Made by a program: the position numbers and the translations under genes. From Dehalococcoidia bacterium (lineage in GTDB: Bacteria > Chloroflexota > Dehalococcoidia > GIF9 > AB-539-J10), in assembly GCA_034414555.1 (NCBI GenBank), contig DAOUMA010000008.1, forward strand, positions 78,560 to 142,559: a DNA stretch of 64,000 bases. Direction: 5' to 3'. Positions within the stretch are counted from its first letter, which is position 1. The number at the start of each line of letters is the position of its first letter. A model generated the notes under the pieces. The model saw only the letters and a program-made list of their open reading frames with translations. It did no database searches and was not told the origin of the DNA. Below are positions 37,873 to 46,814 of the stretch, one piece after another.

Positions 37873-38027
37873 GAGAGTGTTTACTAACCTCACCCCCTTT
37901 ATCCCCCTCTCCTTCAAAGGAGAGGGGGAAGAGATTTAAAAGAGGGGTGAAACCCCTCTCTTACCTACACTCCCCCTTCCCTTGCTAAGGGAAGGGGGTC
38001 AGGGGGATGGGTTGCTGAACAATCTCC
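37873..38027 (-). repeat. Hairpin-rich, approximately 150-bp MITE/REP-like element, copy 2 (inverted relative to copy 1)
   Basis: The reverse complement aligns end-to-end with 29027-29174. Confidence 0.7.
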
Positions 38028-38104
38028 TAAATGTCGTTTCCTTTCGCCTTGGGCAAGAACTATAATAACCCGATATTCAGTTGAGCAATATGCGGCAGGA
38101 GTGA

Positions 38105-38665
38105 TTGAAAATGCGAGTTACAAATAGAGAGGTTGCTTTTGACGGAAAGTATCTGCAAGTGGTGAGGAAATATTTTAACACAGATGCGGGTGGGGAAGGC
38201 GTTTGGGAAGCGGTGGAAAGGAAAAACATATATGGTAAAGGGGCAGTGGTAATTGTCGCTTTAACTAGAAAGGGAGAATTAATTCTGGAAAGAAACTGGA
38301 GAGTTCCCATAGAAGCCTTCGTTATCCAATTTCCTGCCGGGCTCACCGACAGAGAGGGGGAAAGCGAGGAGGAAACTGCACGGAGGGAACTTTTAGAGGA
38401 GACAGGCTACAGGGCAGAGAGGCTCATTCCAATCATCTCAGTGCCGATATCCCCGGTGTTAACTTCCACCAGGTCAACTCATTTCTTTGCCCCTGAGGCT
38501 GAGTTTGTGGGGAAAAGGAAAAAAGAAATCGGCGAGGCAATTGAGGTTTTAACAGTCCCGCGGGATAAGATAAGCGATTTTTTGCTGAACCTTCCTCAGG
38601 ATACCGAACTGGACCTTAGAGTTCCGGGCATACTATGGATTTTAGAAAAGCGGGGGCTGATTTAA
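38105..38665 (+). CDS. NUDIX hydrolase
   Basis: Nudix box GLTDREGESEEETARRELLEETGY. Confidence 0.8.
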   Translation: MKMRVTNREVAFDGKYLQVVRKYFNTDAGGEGVWEAVERKNIYGKGAVVIVALTRKGELILERNWRVPIEAFVIQFPAGLTDREGESEEETARRELLEETGYRAERLIPIISVPISPVLTSTRSTHFFAPEAEFVGKRKKEIGEAIEVLTVPRDKISDFLLNLPQDTELDLRVPGILWILEKRGLI

Positions 38666-38766
38666 AAATTTTGTCTGCCTCCTACAAGCCTTGATTCTTA
38701 ACTCTTGTGTTATAATGTCTTTAAGTTCGATGCCTTGAGGATTGTCTGAAGGCAAGAGGGTATGCA

Positions 38767-39309
38767 GTGGGCTGTGTTGTGGTAAGTAAAGGCAAGGCGC
38801 AAACTATGAAGAGATCACTCGAGGCTTACCTTGATATTGAGACCACCGGGTTATCTTCCTTTTTTGATGCCATAACCGTGATTGGCATTTATCGCTGTGA
38901 TGGCATTGTTGGCGAGGTTATTCAATTGGTGGACGAGGAAGTAACCAGCGATAACCTTCTCAAAACCCTTGAAGGCGTGAATACGATTTATACCTATAAT
39001 GGCAGCAGATTCGATTTTCCTTTCATTTATACTGCTCTGGGCATAGACCTTGAGATTAGGTTTCAGCATCATGACCTCATGTATGACTGCTGGGATAACA
39101 ATCTATATGGAGGTCTTAAGGGAGTGGAGCAACAACTGGGCATTCCCAGGCAGCTGCAAGGTATCTATGGAGTGGATGCGATAGAGTTGTGGTGGAGATA
39201 TAAAATCGACCATGACCAGGATGCCCTGGCTTTGCTGTTGGAATATAATAAAGAAGATGTAGTAAATTTGAAAGCTCTGAGGGAGAGGCTGGTCCTGAAA
39301 TCAAGGTAG
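38767..39309 (+). CDS. Predicted RNase H-like 3'-5' exonuclease (YprB/COG3359-like)
   Basis: AYLDIETTGL exo I motif. 180 aa. The true start may be the internal Met (MKRSLEAYLDIETTG). Confidence 0.55.
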   Translation: MGCVVVSKGKAQTMKRSLEAYLDIETTGLSSFFDAITVIGIYRCDGIVGEVIQLVDEEVTSDNLLKTLEGVNTIYTYNGSRFDFPFIYTALGIDLEIRFQHHDLMYDCWDNNLYGGLKGVEQQLGIPRQLQGIYGVDAIELWWRYKIDHDQDALALLLEYNKEDVVNLKALRERLVLKSR

Positions 39310-40002
39310 GAGATATTCCATGATTTCCGTCAAGCGGTGAATTCGGGGGCAATTGGTAATTTCGGGGAAGGAGTCATTACGGTCAATAAGCACTGCTTTC
39401 ATACCAACGCCGCGGGCACCAACGATATCTAAATCATATTGGTCACCGACATATATTGCCTCTTCAGCGTTAACCTGAGCTCTTTCCAGCGCCGCTAAAA
39501 ATATCCCGGGACGTGGTTTGTCATAGCCTACTTCAAAAGAGGTTACCTGGAAATCAAGATAAGGTTGTAGCCCTAAATTCTGGCATATTGTGGTAGTATC
39601 CTGTCCGACATTGGATATTATTCCCAGAATGAAGTTGCGTTCCTTGAGCAATTTTAAGGTGGGCAGGGCATCATCATAAAGCTTGAATTTCAAGCCATCC
39701 GGGAATACCTTCATTAGTATTTGAGCCATGGTGTCGCGGCTAACCTCCAGCCCAGCTCCTCTTAAGATTGTGAGCCCATATTCAACATAGGCAGCATTTT
39801 TTTCCTTTGGTGGTCTTTTACCTATTGGAGAACGATAATTTTCCTCCCGCCACCAGACATCAGCCTGGGGAAGGGATTTACGGAGTGCTCCAGGAGATAC
39901 CTCAAGCCCAACCTCATGACAGGCTGTGGCATATACCTCTTCGCGAGGAGGCTGATAGTGCGCTAAAGTTTCGTGTAAATCAAAGCAAACCGCTTTAATC
40001 AT
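39301..40002 (-). CDS. HAD-superfamily hydrolase
   Basis: N-terminal VCFDLHETL (DxD/T motif I) and later GDQYDLD. Confidence 0.8.
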   Translation of the reverse strand: MIKAVCFDLHETLAHYQPPREEVYATACHEVGLEVSPGALRKSLPQADVWWREENYRSPIGKRPPKEKNAAYVEYGLTILRGAGLEVSRDTMAQILMKVFPDGLKFKLYDDALPTLKLLKERNFILGIISNVGQDTTTICQNLGLQPYLDFQVTSFEVGYDKPRPGIFLAALERAQVNAEEAIYVGDQYDLDIVGARGVGMKAVLIDRNDSFPEITNCPRIHRLTEIMEYLLP

Positions 40003-40054
40003 ATTGGCGTAACAAGCCTCGCAAAGAGTATTATTTTATGCTTAAGGATGTGAT

Positions 40055-40684
40055 ATGGCAAGAATTGAGCCGTTTGAAAAGCACCCACTCCAGTATGAAC
40101 AGTGGTTTGATAAACACAAATTCGCCTACGAGTCGGAGCTTCACGCGATAAGGAAGTTATTGCCCCAGGGTGAGAATGGTCTCGAAATTGGTGTTGGGAG
40201 TGGTCGCTTTGCAGTGCCTCTGGGAATCAAGCTTGGAATTGAACCATCAAGCAAAATGATGCAAATAGCCCTACGGAAAGGGATTGAAGTTATCGGTGGC
40301 GTAGCTGAAAGCCTCCCTTTCCGTAACTCGCAGTTCGACTTTGCTCTAATGGTCACCACAATTTGTTTTTTAGATAATGTAGGAGTGGCATTTAACGAGG
40401 CATACCGGATATTAAAACCTGATGGATGCCTGATAATAGGATTCATTGATAAAGACAGCCCTGTCGGGCAGTTGTATCAGCAACATAAAGATGAAAGTGT
40501 GTTTTACAAGATAGCTACTTTCTATTCTGTGGATGAGGTTGTTTCATGTTTGAAGAAGGCAAAGTTCAACGGCTTTGATTTTAGCCAAACGATTTTCCAT
40601 AATCTAGCGGAAATGGTGGGCATTGAGTTGGCGAGGGAGGGTTATGGGGAAGGGTCATTCGTTGTGGTCAGGGCGGCAAAATGA
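40055..40684 (+). CDS. Class I SAM-dependent methyltransferase
   Basis: LEIGVGSGRF motif I. LKPDGCLII motif. Confidence 0.8.
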   Translation: MARIEPFEKHPLQYEQWFDKHKFAYESELHAIRKLLPQGENGLEIGVGSGRFAVPLGIKLGIEPSSKMMQIALRKGIEVIGGVAESLPFRNSQFDFALMVTTICFLDNVGVAFNEAYRILKPDGCLIIGFIDKDSPVGQLYQQHKDESVFYKIATFYSVDEVVSCLKKAKFNGFDFSQTIFHNLAEMVGIELAREGYGEGSFVVVRAAK

Positions 40685-40768
40685 CAACACAAGTTTGAGA
40701 ATTAACAAGCAAAGCGGTTCAGGAAAGGATACAAGGTTAAAGGACATTGATGCACCAAGGAGGAGAAT

Positions 40769-41491
40769 ATGACGGTACTGGCATTTAACTGCAGTCCCAG
40801 GATGGACAAGGGCAACACAGCCCTTATCTTAAATCCCTTCCTTGAGGGGATGAAAGAGGCGGGAGCGGAGGTCGAACTCTTCTATACCATGAAACTCAAA
40901 ATCAATCCCTGCCACGGCGGGTTTAGCTGCTGGTTCAAGACACCTGGCCAGTGCTGGCAGAAAGACGACATGCAGATGCTCTATCCAAAGTTACGTGAGG
41001 CCGATATTTACGTGTTTGCCACTCCGGTCTACGTAGATGGAATCGCCGGTCCGATGAAGAACCTGCTGGACCGAATAGTTCCGCTGGCACAGCCGTTTTT
41101 CGAGCTGCGGGACGGTCACTGTCGTCACCTGATGCGTGAGGGGCACAAGCGTGGCAAGGTGGTGCTGGTGTCTAACTGTGGCTTTTGGGAGATGGACAAT
41201 TTCGACCCGCTACTGGTGCATACGAAAGCCTTTTGCAAGAACGCATCGATGGAGTTCGCCGGAGCACTGCTGCGTCCCCACGGAGAGGCATTGAGGCCCA
41301 TGATGAAGCTGGGTATGCCATTGGATGATGTCTTTGATGCGGCGAAAGATGCCGGGCGTCAACTGGTGCGGGATGGGAAGATGTCCATTGAGACTCTCAA
41401 TATTGTCAGCCGCGAACTTGTGCCGTTGGAGCTATATGTACGGGCTGCCAATGAGTCATTCCAGCGAGCGTTGGATGCGTTGAAGAAGTAA
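40769..41491 (+). CDS. Flavodoxin-like fold NAD(P)H-dependent FMN reductase / iron-sulfur flavoprotein-like
   Basis: N-terminal LAFNCSPR...GNT and a later TPVYVDG region resemble the FMN-reductase fold. Confidence 0.55.
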   Translation: MTVLAFNCSPRMDKGNTALILNPFLEGMKEAGAEVELFYTMKLKINPCHGGFSCWFKTPGQCWQKDDMQMLYPKLREADIYVFATPVYVDGIAGPMKNLLDRIVPLAQPFFELRDGHCRHLMREGHKRGKVVLVSNCGFWEMDNFDPLLVHTKAFCKNASMEFAGALLRPHGEALRPMMKLGMPLDDVFDAAKDAGRQLVRDGKMSIETLNIVSRELVPLELYVRAANESFQRALDALKK

Positions 41492-41512
41492 GATGCGATA
41501 TGCCATTCGCTT

Positions 41513-42037
41513 TTGACACCCAGGAAGGTCATGATTCGTCAATGCGATAACAGCGAGGTTGAGCTAATCTACTCCATTATCAATGATGCCGCCGAAGCAT
41601 ACAGGGGAGTCATCCCCGGGGACCGCTGGAAAGAGCCTTATATGTCTGAAGACGAGCTTCAGCACGAGATAGACCAGGGTGTTGTGTTCTGGGGATATGA
41701 GCAGGGTGGCCAACTGGTTGGCGTGATGGGCATCCAACATCTTCAGGATGTGACCCTCATCAGACATGCCTATGTTCGCACGGCTAAGCGAAATCAGGGC
41801 ATAGGGGGGAAATTGCTGTCCTCTCTTCGTCAGCAGGCGACTCACCCGCTGTTAGTCGGCACCTGGGCAGATGCCCTGTGGGCAATTCGTTTCTATAAAG
41901 ACCACGGTTTTCGGTTGGTTTCCTGGGAAGAGAAAGAGCGGTTGTTGAGAAAATACTGGTCAATCCCGGAACGTCAGGTTGAGACCTCTGTCGTTCTTGC
42001 CGACCAGAAGTGGTTTGATGCCCGGCAACACCCTTAA
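41513..42037 (+). CDS. GNAT-family N-acetyltransferase
   Basis: Acetyl-CoA binding region RNQGIGGKLL. Confidence 0.8.
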   Translation: MTPRKVMIRQCDNSEVELIYSIINDAAEAYRGVIPGDRWKEPYMSEDELQHEIDQGVVFWGYEQGGQLVGVMGIQHLQDVTLIRHAYVRTAKRNQGIGGKLLSSLRQQATHPLLVGTWADALWAIRFYKDHGFRLVSWEEKERLLRKYWSIPERQVETSVVLADQKWFDARQHP

Positions 42038-42064
42038 AATACAAAGGTTTATAATGGTGACAAG

Positions 42065-43057
42065 GTGAAGAAGCTTATCAAAGACTTTATCCACAGACCC
42101 GGGGTGCATTGTGAATCCACCGCGCTGAGAAATATCTATGAATTTTACGGTTTTAAATTCACTGAGCCAATGATTTTCGGGCTTGGTAGCGCTCTGGGTT
42201 TTGTCTATTGGAAGACGGAGTGGATGAAATTTCCCTTTATCGGCGGACGAATAAATGATTTGGATAGAAATCTGTGCGATAACCTCGGTGTGGGTTTAGA
42301 GATACACATGACATCAAGCAGAAGAAAAGCGTATCAATCGTTAAAAGAACTGATAAGCAGTGGTATTCCTGTAGCAATTCATGTCGATATGCCTTATTTA
42401 AAGTATCTTAAGCTATCAAAAGAAGCCCACTTTGGCGCACATGCTGTGGTTGTTGCTGGTTTAGATGAGGAAAGAGGCATCGCTTACATTGCCGATACTC
42501 AGTATCAAAAATTGCAGATTGCGACGCTTGGTGAGCTTGAGGAGGCAAGAGCATCCAAATTTGGTCCCTTTCCCGCACAGAATGCGTGGCTTGAGTTTAA
42601 ATTCCCTCTCAAGCTAAGTCCACTTGATGAGGCAATTAAAAGGGCGATTGTAAAGGCGGCGGATTCCATGTTAAATCCACCGATAAAAAATCTGGGCATA
42701 AAAGGCATTCGCCATTTTGGCAGTGAGATTGTCACGTGGCCTGAGGAATATCCGCCTCAAGAATTTGGCTGGGGCTATAAATTTGCATATGTTTATCTGG
42801 AGGAGGACGGCAGTGGTGGTTGTTGTTTTCGCTACCTGTTCTCGAGGTTTTTGAGGGAGGCGAGCGAGTGCATTAAAAGCGATGAGCTAAAGTCCTTAGG
42901 GGATAAATATGAGCAGGTAGGAAGAAGGTGGACAGAAGTAGCTCATTTAGTCCAGGATATTCCCAACGGCGGGAAGGTTGGTGATATTCAAAAATTGCTT
43001 TTTGAGATTGCCGATGAAGAAGAGGGAATATTCTCCGTCTTGAAGAAGTTTGGCTAG
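42065..43057 (+). CDS. BtrH N-terminal domain-like (papain-like fold) protein
   Basis: GVHCESTALRNIYEFYGF...GLGSALGFVY resembles the BtrH_N / DUF4872 family. Confidence 0.5.
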   Translation: MKKLIKDFIHRPGVHCESTALRNIYEFYGFKFTEPMIFGLGSALGFVYWKTEWMKFPFIGGRINDLDRNLCDNLGVGLEIHMTSSRRKAYQSLKELISSGIPVAIHVDMPYLKYLKLSKEAHFGAHAVVVAGLDEERGIAYIADTQYQKLQIATLGELEEARASKFGPFPAQNAWLEFKFPLKLSPLDEAIKRAIVKAADSMLNPPIKNLGIKGIRHFGSEIVTWPEEYPPQEFGWGYKFAYVYLEEDGSGGCCFRYLFSRFLREASECIKSDELKSLGDKYEQVGRRWTEVAHLVQDIPNGGKVGDIQKLLFEIADEEEGIFSVLKKFG

Positions 43058-43061
43058 AAAC

Positions 43062-43135
43062 TGGCTGGGGATCCAGGATTCGAACCTGGCCTAACTGATC
43101 CAGAGTCAGTCGTCCTACCGCTAGACTAATCCCCA
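43062..43135 (-). tRNA. tRNA-Gln (anticodon CUG), CCA encoded
   Basis: Manual fold of the reverse complement. 7-bp acceptor stem (U1:A72-type first pair), D stem GUCU/GGAC, anticodon stem ACUGA/UCAGU with loop CU-CUG-GA, T arm CCAGG-UUCGAAU-CCUGG, discriminator G, CCA. Confidence 0.85.
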
Positions 43136-43331
43136 ACGAGTTTCATTATAGCGAAATTAAAGCTAGTAGAGCAAGAAAGGTTACCTGCTCGTTCATTTCA
43201 CCCTCACCCTAGCTCTCTCCCATCGAGGGAGAGGGAAATAGTCATCGTCTGCCCTGTTGATTAATGCTTGTTTACAAAAGCAAATTTTGCTACAATAATT
43301 GTCGAAGTTATAGTAAATTGGGGAGGGCGAG

Positions 43332-43526
43332 ATGAGTGAAAACACAGATTTAAGGAAGATTTTAAAACCCTATTCTGACAAATGGGTTGCTCTTTCTGAA
43401 GATAGCAGCAAGGTTGTTGGGGCTGGTGATACGCCGGGGAGGGCTTTGGAGCAAGCGTCTTTATGTAGTGAGAAAAATCCTATCCTAACGAAAGTTCCAA
43501 AGCACTATGACACTTACATATTGTGA
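43332..43526 (+). CDS. DUF5678-like small protein
   Basis: 64 aa. ...YSDKWVALSEDSSKVVGAGDTP... Its stop overlaps the start of the following aspartyl protease gene. Confidence 0.5.
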   Translation: MSENTDLRKILKPYSDKWVALSEDSSKVVGAGDTPGRALEQASLCSEKNPILTKVPKHYDTYIL

Positions 43527-43966
43527 GTATTCACTTTAAACTTGATTATCGCAAGTTTCCCGCAGAACCTTGTAAAGCATTCCCCCGGCGCCGAAGTGCT
43601 TCCAGACCAGTGGTGCCTGTCTCCCTGATAAATAAGGATAAGAGAGTCCGTTATCTCGCGATTATTGATTCTGGGGCTGATTTTTGTATTTTCCATGCTG
43701 AGCTTGGTGCGCAAATAGACTTAGAAGTCAAATCAGGCACGGAACTCACTTTTTTCGGCATCGGAGGTATTCAACAAACTGCCTACTTCCATCATATAGG
43801 AATGGAGGTGGGAGGGTACGAATTTCCCTGTTATGCAGGTTTTTCCTATGACCTAAAGAGCTTGCCTTATGGCATATTGGGCCAAGTTGGCTTCTTCAAT
43901 CTCTTTAGAGTTCAGTTCAACTATGAAAAGCAAAGAATTGAGCTCTGGCGTGCAGAGCGAAGCTAG
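43523..43966 (+). CDS. Retropepsin-like (clan AA) aspartyl protease
   Basis: IDSGAD catalytic D-S-G-A motif. 147 aa. Confidence 0.6.
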   Translation: MSIHFKLDYRKFPAEPCKAFPRRRSASRPVVPVSLINKDKRVRYLAIIDSGADFCIFHAELGAQIDLEVKSGTELTFFGIGGIQQTAYFHHIGMEVGGYEFPCYAGFSYDLKSLPYGILGQVGFFNLFRVQFNYEKQRIELWRAERS

Positions 43967-44264
43967 GGTTTTGGTGACCCTCTTAGCCCACTCTTTTCAT
44001 AGTATCTGCAAAACTTGATTTATAACCTCCTGGGTTTTCATATCTACGATAGCTATAGATATTTCCCCGTATTCTAAATACAAAAATAATAAGAGTAACA
44101 TCATTGCTAGCTAAGAAAACATGCGATAAAACCGAAATCAGGGTTGCAGTTGTGTGAGCCTACCTACTAATAAACAATGAATTCCGCTCGGGGGGCTTTG
44201 TATCACAAATGCCCTCTGTGTCAAAAGTCAGGTGGTTGTATAAAAAGTGTTATCGAACAGAATC

Positions 44265-44477
44265 CTATGCCTTTGGCTTTCGCATTTCCATAGGGCGCTT
44301 AAAAATCCATAAGTCGTTTAGACTTTTGTTAGGGTCTCCGCTCAAAAACATTACTAATTCCCAATGCTCCTCGCCTTGCTTATTAAGTTGTCTCATTAAC
44401 TCATCTGGTTCTGACTGAGGAGTTCCACCAAAATGGAGAGCGGGAATTGCTTTGTATTCCCATATCGTATTCGCCAT
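44265..44477 (-). CDS. Small hypothetical protein (DUF4177-like)
   Basis: 70 aa, WEYK..P...EELMRQLNKQGEEHWELV pattern. Confidence 0.4.
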   Translation of the reverse strand: MANTIWEYKAIPALHFGGTPQSEPDELMRQLNKQGEEHWELVMFLSGDPNKSLNDLWIFKRPMEMRKPKA

Positions 44478-44540
44478 TTTTCCTCCTATAAATTACTTGA
44501 ATAAGGTAGTGATTTTATATAAGGCAATTATCCATTGACA

Positions 44541-44783
44541 TCAAGTAGATAACCCTAAGATGTCTTTAATTAACTTCTTCCTTTCTTCAAAACTCGGAAG
44601 ACGTCGAGGATTTGTTAATGCTGCTACATCGAAGCTCATTCCATCTATCGCCCCGGCTAAGAAAACTTTCTCTGGGTCTTTAATCTCTTGCACAAATGCC
44701 TTTACATCTTTCTTGTATTCCGCACTATTCCTCATAGAATTTGCCTTTGCTCGTATTATATCCTCAACAATTTTATTAAGCAT
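44541..44783 (-). CDS. Hypothetical protein
   Basis: 80-aa ORF in an AT-rich island. Confidence 0.3.
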   Translation of the reverse strand: MLNKIVEDIIRAKANSMRNSAEYKKDVKAFVQEIKDPEKVFLAGAIDGMSFDVAALTNPRRLPSFEERKKLIKDILGLST

Positions 44784-45122
44784 CGCTTACCCCCTTTAAC
44801 ATTTAATGGCTTTGCTTCTAAAGTACCTTCTGCTCCAAAAGTCGTTATCAGACTTCAACTGAAACGTCATTCAATTCTTTCAAGTACTGGATTAGAGTAT
44901 CTCTCATTGCATAAGCTTGGTGATATTTATTCGCCAATTCTTTTTGTTTATCCACATCTGGGAGAACATTAACTCCATTCCCCTTACTTGTCAACTCAAT
45001 ATCAATATCTTTGGGTTTTCTTTTCTGGCAACTAGGATATAGACCGATGCTTTCAAAAATCCTACAAGTCTTCTATTTGAGCCTGGGCGGGAGTATAATT
45101 GACTTAACAGCGGGGTGAAGTT

Positions 45123-45713
45123 ATGCCATTTTGTTCTAATTGTGGAAACGAAATACAAGAAAGCATGAAGTTTTGTCCAGAATGCGGTCATAGGCGTGCC
45201 GCTGAGGGAAAGGAGCCAGAAGAGATATTGGGGCTGGATGAAGTAAAGAGGATAGCGAAGGAATACGTTCGGTGTGAAGAGAATATAGGAGATGTGGAGG
45301 TCGAAGGTGCTGTGCCTTGCTCCCGAGAAGGGCAGCTTGTGTGGGTGGTGCAGGGAAAAGTAAGGAAACACACTGTTGACCCGAAACCCTGGCAGGCCTG
45401 GCCGGTTGGTGTAGTGGAAGAGCGCCCTTTCACCGTCCAGGTCTCTGATAAAGATGGGAAGATAACTGATTATAAGCCAGGTGATTGGATAAGGAAGAAT
45501 GCAGAGCAAGCTCCATCGGAGAGTTCTTCCTGTGATACGATACTGGTTGACCCTGAACCATATCCATTTAGCGAGCCCGAGACAATTAGTGATATACGAC
45601 TGAAAGATGCCAAGAGGAGGAACGAAGAAGCTGATGCTGAACTCAAAAGAGAAATCGCAAAGGACATCAGGGATAAGAGAGGAATGAGAGGGGGCTGGGG
45701 ACTGCCTTTCTAA
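45123..45713 (+). CDS. Zinc-ribbon domain protein
   Basis: N-terminal CSNCGNEI...CPECGHR double CxxC. 196 aa. Preferred over the low-complexity 323-aa antisense ORF. Confidence 0.55.
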   Translation: MPFCSNCGNEIQESMKFCPECGHRRAAEGKEPEEILGLDEVKRIAKEYVRCEENIGDVEVEGAVPCSREGQLVWVVQGKVRKHTVDPKPWQAWPVGVVEERPFTVQVSDKDGKITDYKPGDWIRKNAEQAPSESSSCDTILVDPEPYPFSEPETISDIRLKDAKRRNEEADAELKREIAKDIRDKRGMRGGWGLPF

Positions 45714-45821
45714 GTTTTCTAGTCTCTGGGATTGCGAGAATTGCCTCTTAATAAAGCAACTTGAGAAGGGTAAATAACCAACAGATATACCAATAGCCCA
45801 GTGGTGTGGAGAAGAAAGACA

Positions 45822-45974
45822 ATGGTAACAGCTTACTGTATGAAGTGTAATAAGAAGGTGGAGATAAAATACCCAGTCCCGGTCACCGTGAAAGGTGTCC
45901 ATGGAATAAATGGGATTTGCCCTGTTTGTGGCACTAGAGTATTCCGCCCAACAAGAGGTCAATCAAACCGATAA
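45822..45974 (+). CDS. Small zinc-ribbon protein (50 aa; C6/C9...C33/C36)
   Basis: MVTAYCMKCNKKVEIKY...GICPVCGTRVF. Below the ORF-track cutoff. Weak. Confidence 0.3.
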   Translation: MVTAYCMKCNKKVEIKYPVPVTVKGVHGINGICPVCGTRVFRPTRGQSNR

Positions 45975-46057
45975 TGCCAGTTCTGCAAATGCTACAATTA
46001 CAATAATCATGGCCACTCCACCTTTACCTGAGGAGTGATTGTAATAAGGGCGGGAAC

Positions 46058-46642
46058 ATGGGGTTGTTTGGTAAGAAGCTGTCCCCCGAACAAAAGACTG
46101 AACTACGACATTTTGCGGATACCCTAAATGAAATAGGCGAGGCTTGTAAGGTCTCTATGGATGATTTCAAAGTTGACACGATTGACCTCTATCACATTTG
46201 CTTTGCTGTCCGTGCTCACAGTCGAGAATTACAAGAGGTTGAGTATTTGCATGTCCTAGAAAGACCAAATGAGGACGGCATTTGGGAGACCGAAGTTCTT
46301 AGGGAGCCTGGAGTATCATTTGATGTGCCCGCTCTCATAGATAAAGCTCGGAATGCCCTGGAGGCGTATACTGCTTTCCTGAAGGAAGCACAATCAGAAG
46401 TCGCCTCCCTCAGATGCGCTGAGTGGTATCCAAGAAAATATCGCAAGACATTGGATTCGTGGACCTTCTACTTTCAGTGGTTGCTGATGGGTACATGTTC
46501 GGGATGGGTAGCGGAAGCCCTTCAGCCACCTAGACCGCTCGCAAACGAGCACGGAAGCCCTAAGCTCAATATGCTTGTCGGCGGATTAGGTTATATGTAT
46601 AGGGGGCATCGAGACCTTTCCCCCAAACCCCTGAAACTGTGA
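46058..46642 (+). CDS. Hypothetical protein
   Basis: 194-aa ORF. Confidence 0.4.
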   Translation: MGLFGKKLSPEQKTELRHFADTLNEIGEACKVSMDDFKVDTIDLYHICFAVRAHSRELQEVEYLHVLERPNEDGIWETEVLREPGVSFDVPALIDKARNALEAYTAFLKEAQSEVASLRCAEWYPRKYRKTLDSWTFYFQWLLMGTCSGWVAEALQPPRPLANEHGSPKLNMLVGGLGYMYRGHRDLSPKPLKL

Positions 46643-46675
46643 TTAGCTGTTAGATACGATTTAGCCCACACTAAG

Positions 46676-46716
46676 CCTCCGATAAAGCTTCAAGCTATCC
46701 TCAAACTTCACCGACC
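46676..46716. repeat. 40-bp direct repeat (ccgataaagcttcaagctatcctcaaacttcaccgacc), copy 1
   Basis: Copy 2 at 49075-49116 has 2 mismatches. Confidence 0.65.
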
Positions 46717-46723
46717 TAGCGAG

Positions 46724-46732
46724 TGGTATAAT
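46724..46732 (+). promoter_or_regulatory. Candidate extended -10 (TGgTATAAT) upstream of the 46815 gene
   Basis: Sequence motif only. Confidence 0.35.
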
Positions 46733-46814
46733 AGGATTAGGATGATATTTTGCTCACTGAGCAATCTAGCGAAGTAATTCCTATCTAAGAATAGTAATTG
46801 AAACAAAAGAACAA

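Noticed and set aside
44991-45962. 323-aa minus-strand ORF overlapping the zinc-ribbon gene
   Set aside because: The sequence is low-complexity (Leu/Ser/Phe/Cys-rich) with no motifs. The + strand ORF 45123..45713 has an N-terminal double-CxxC zinc ribbon and reads like a real protein.
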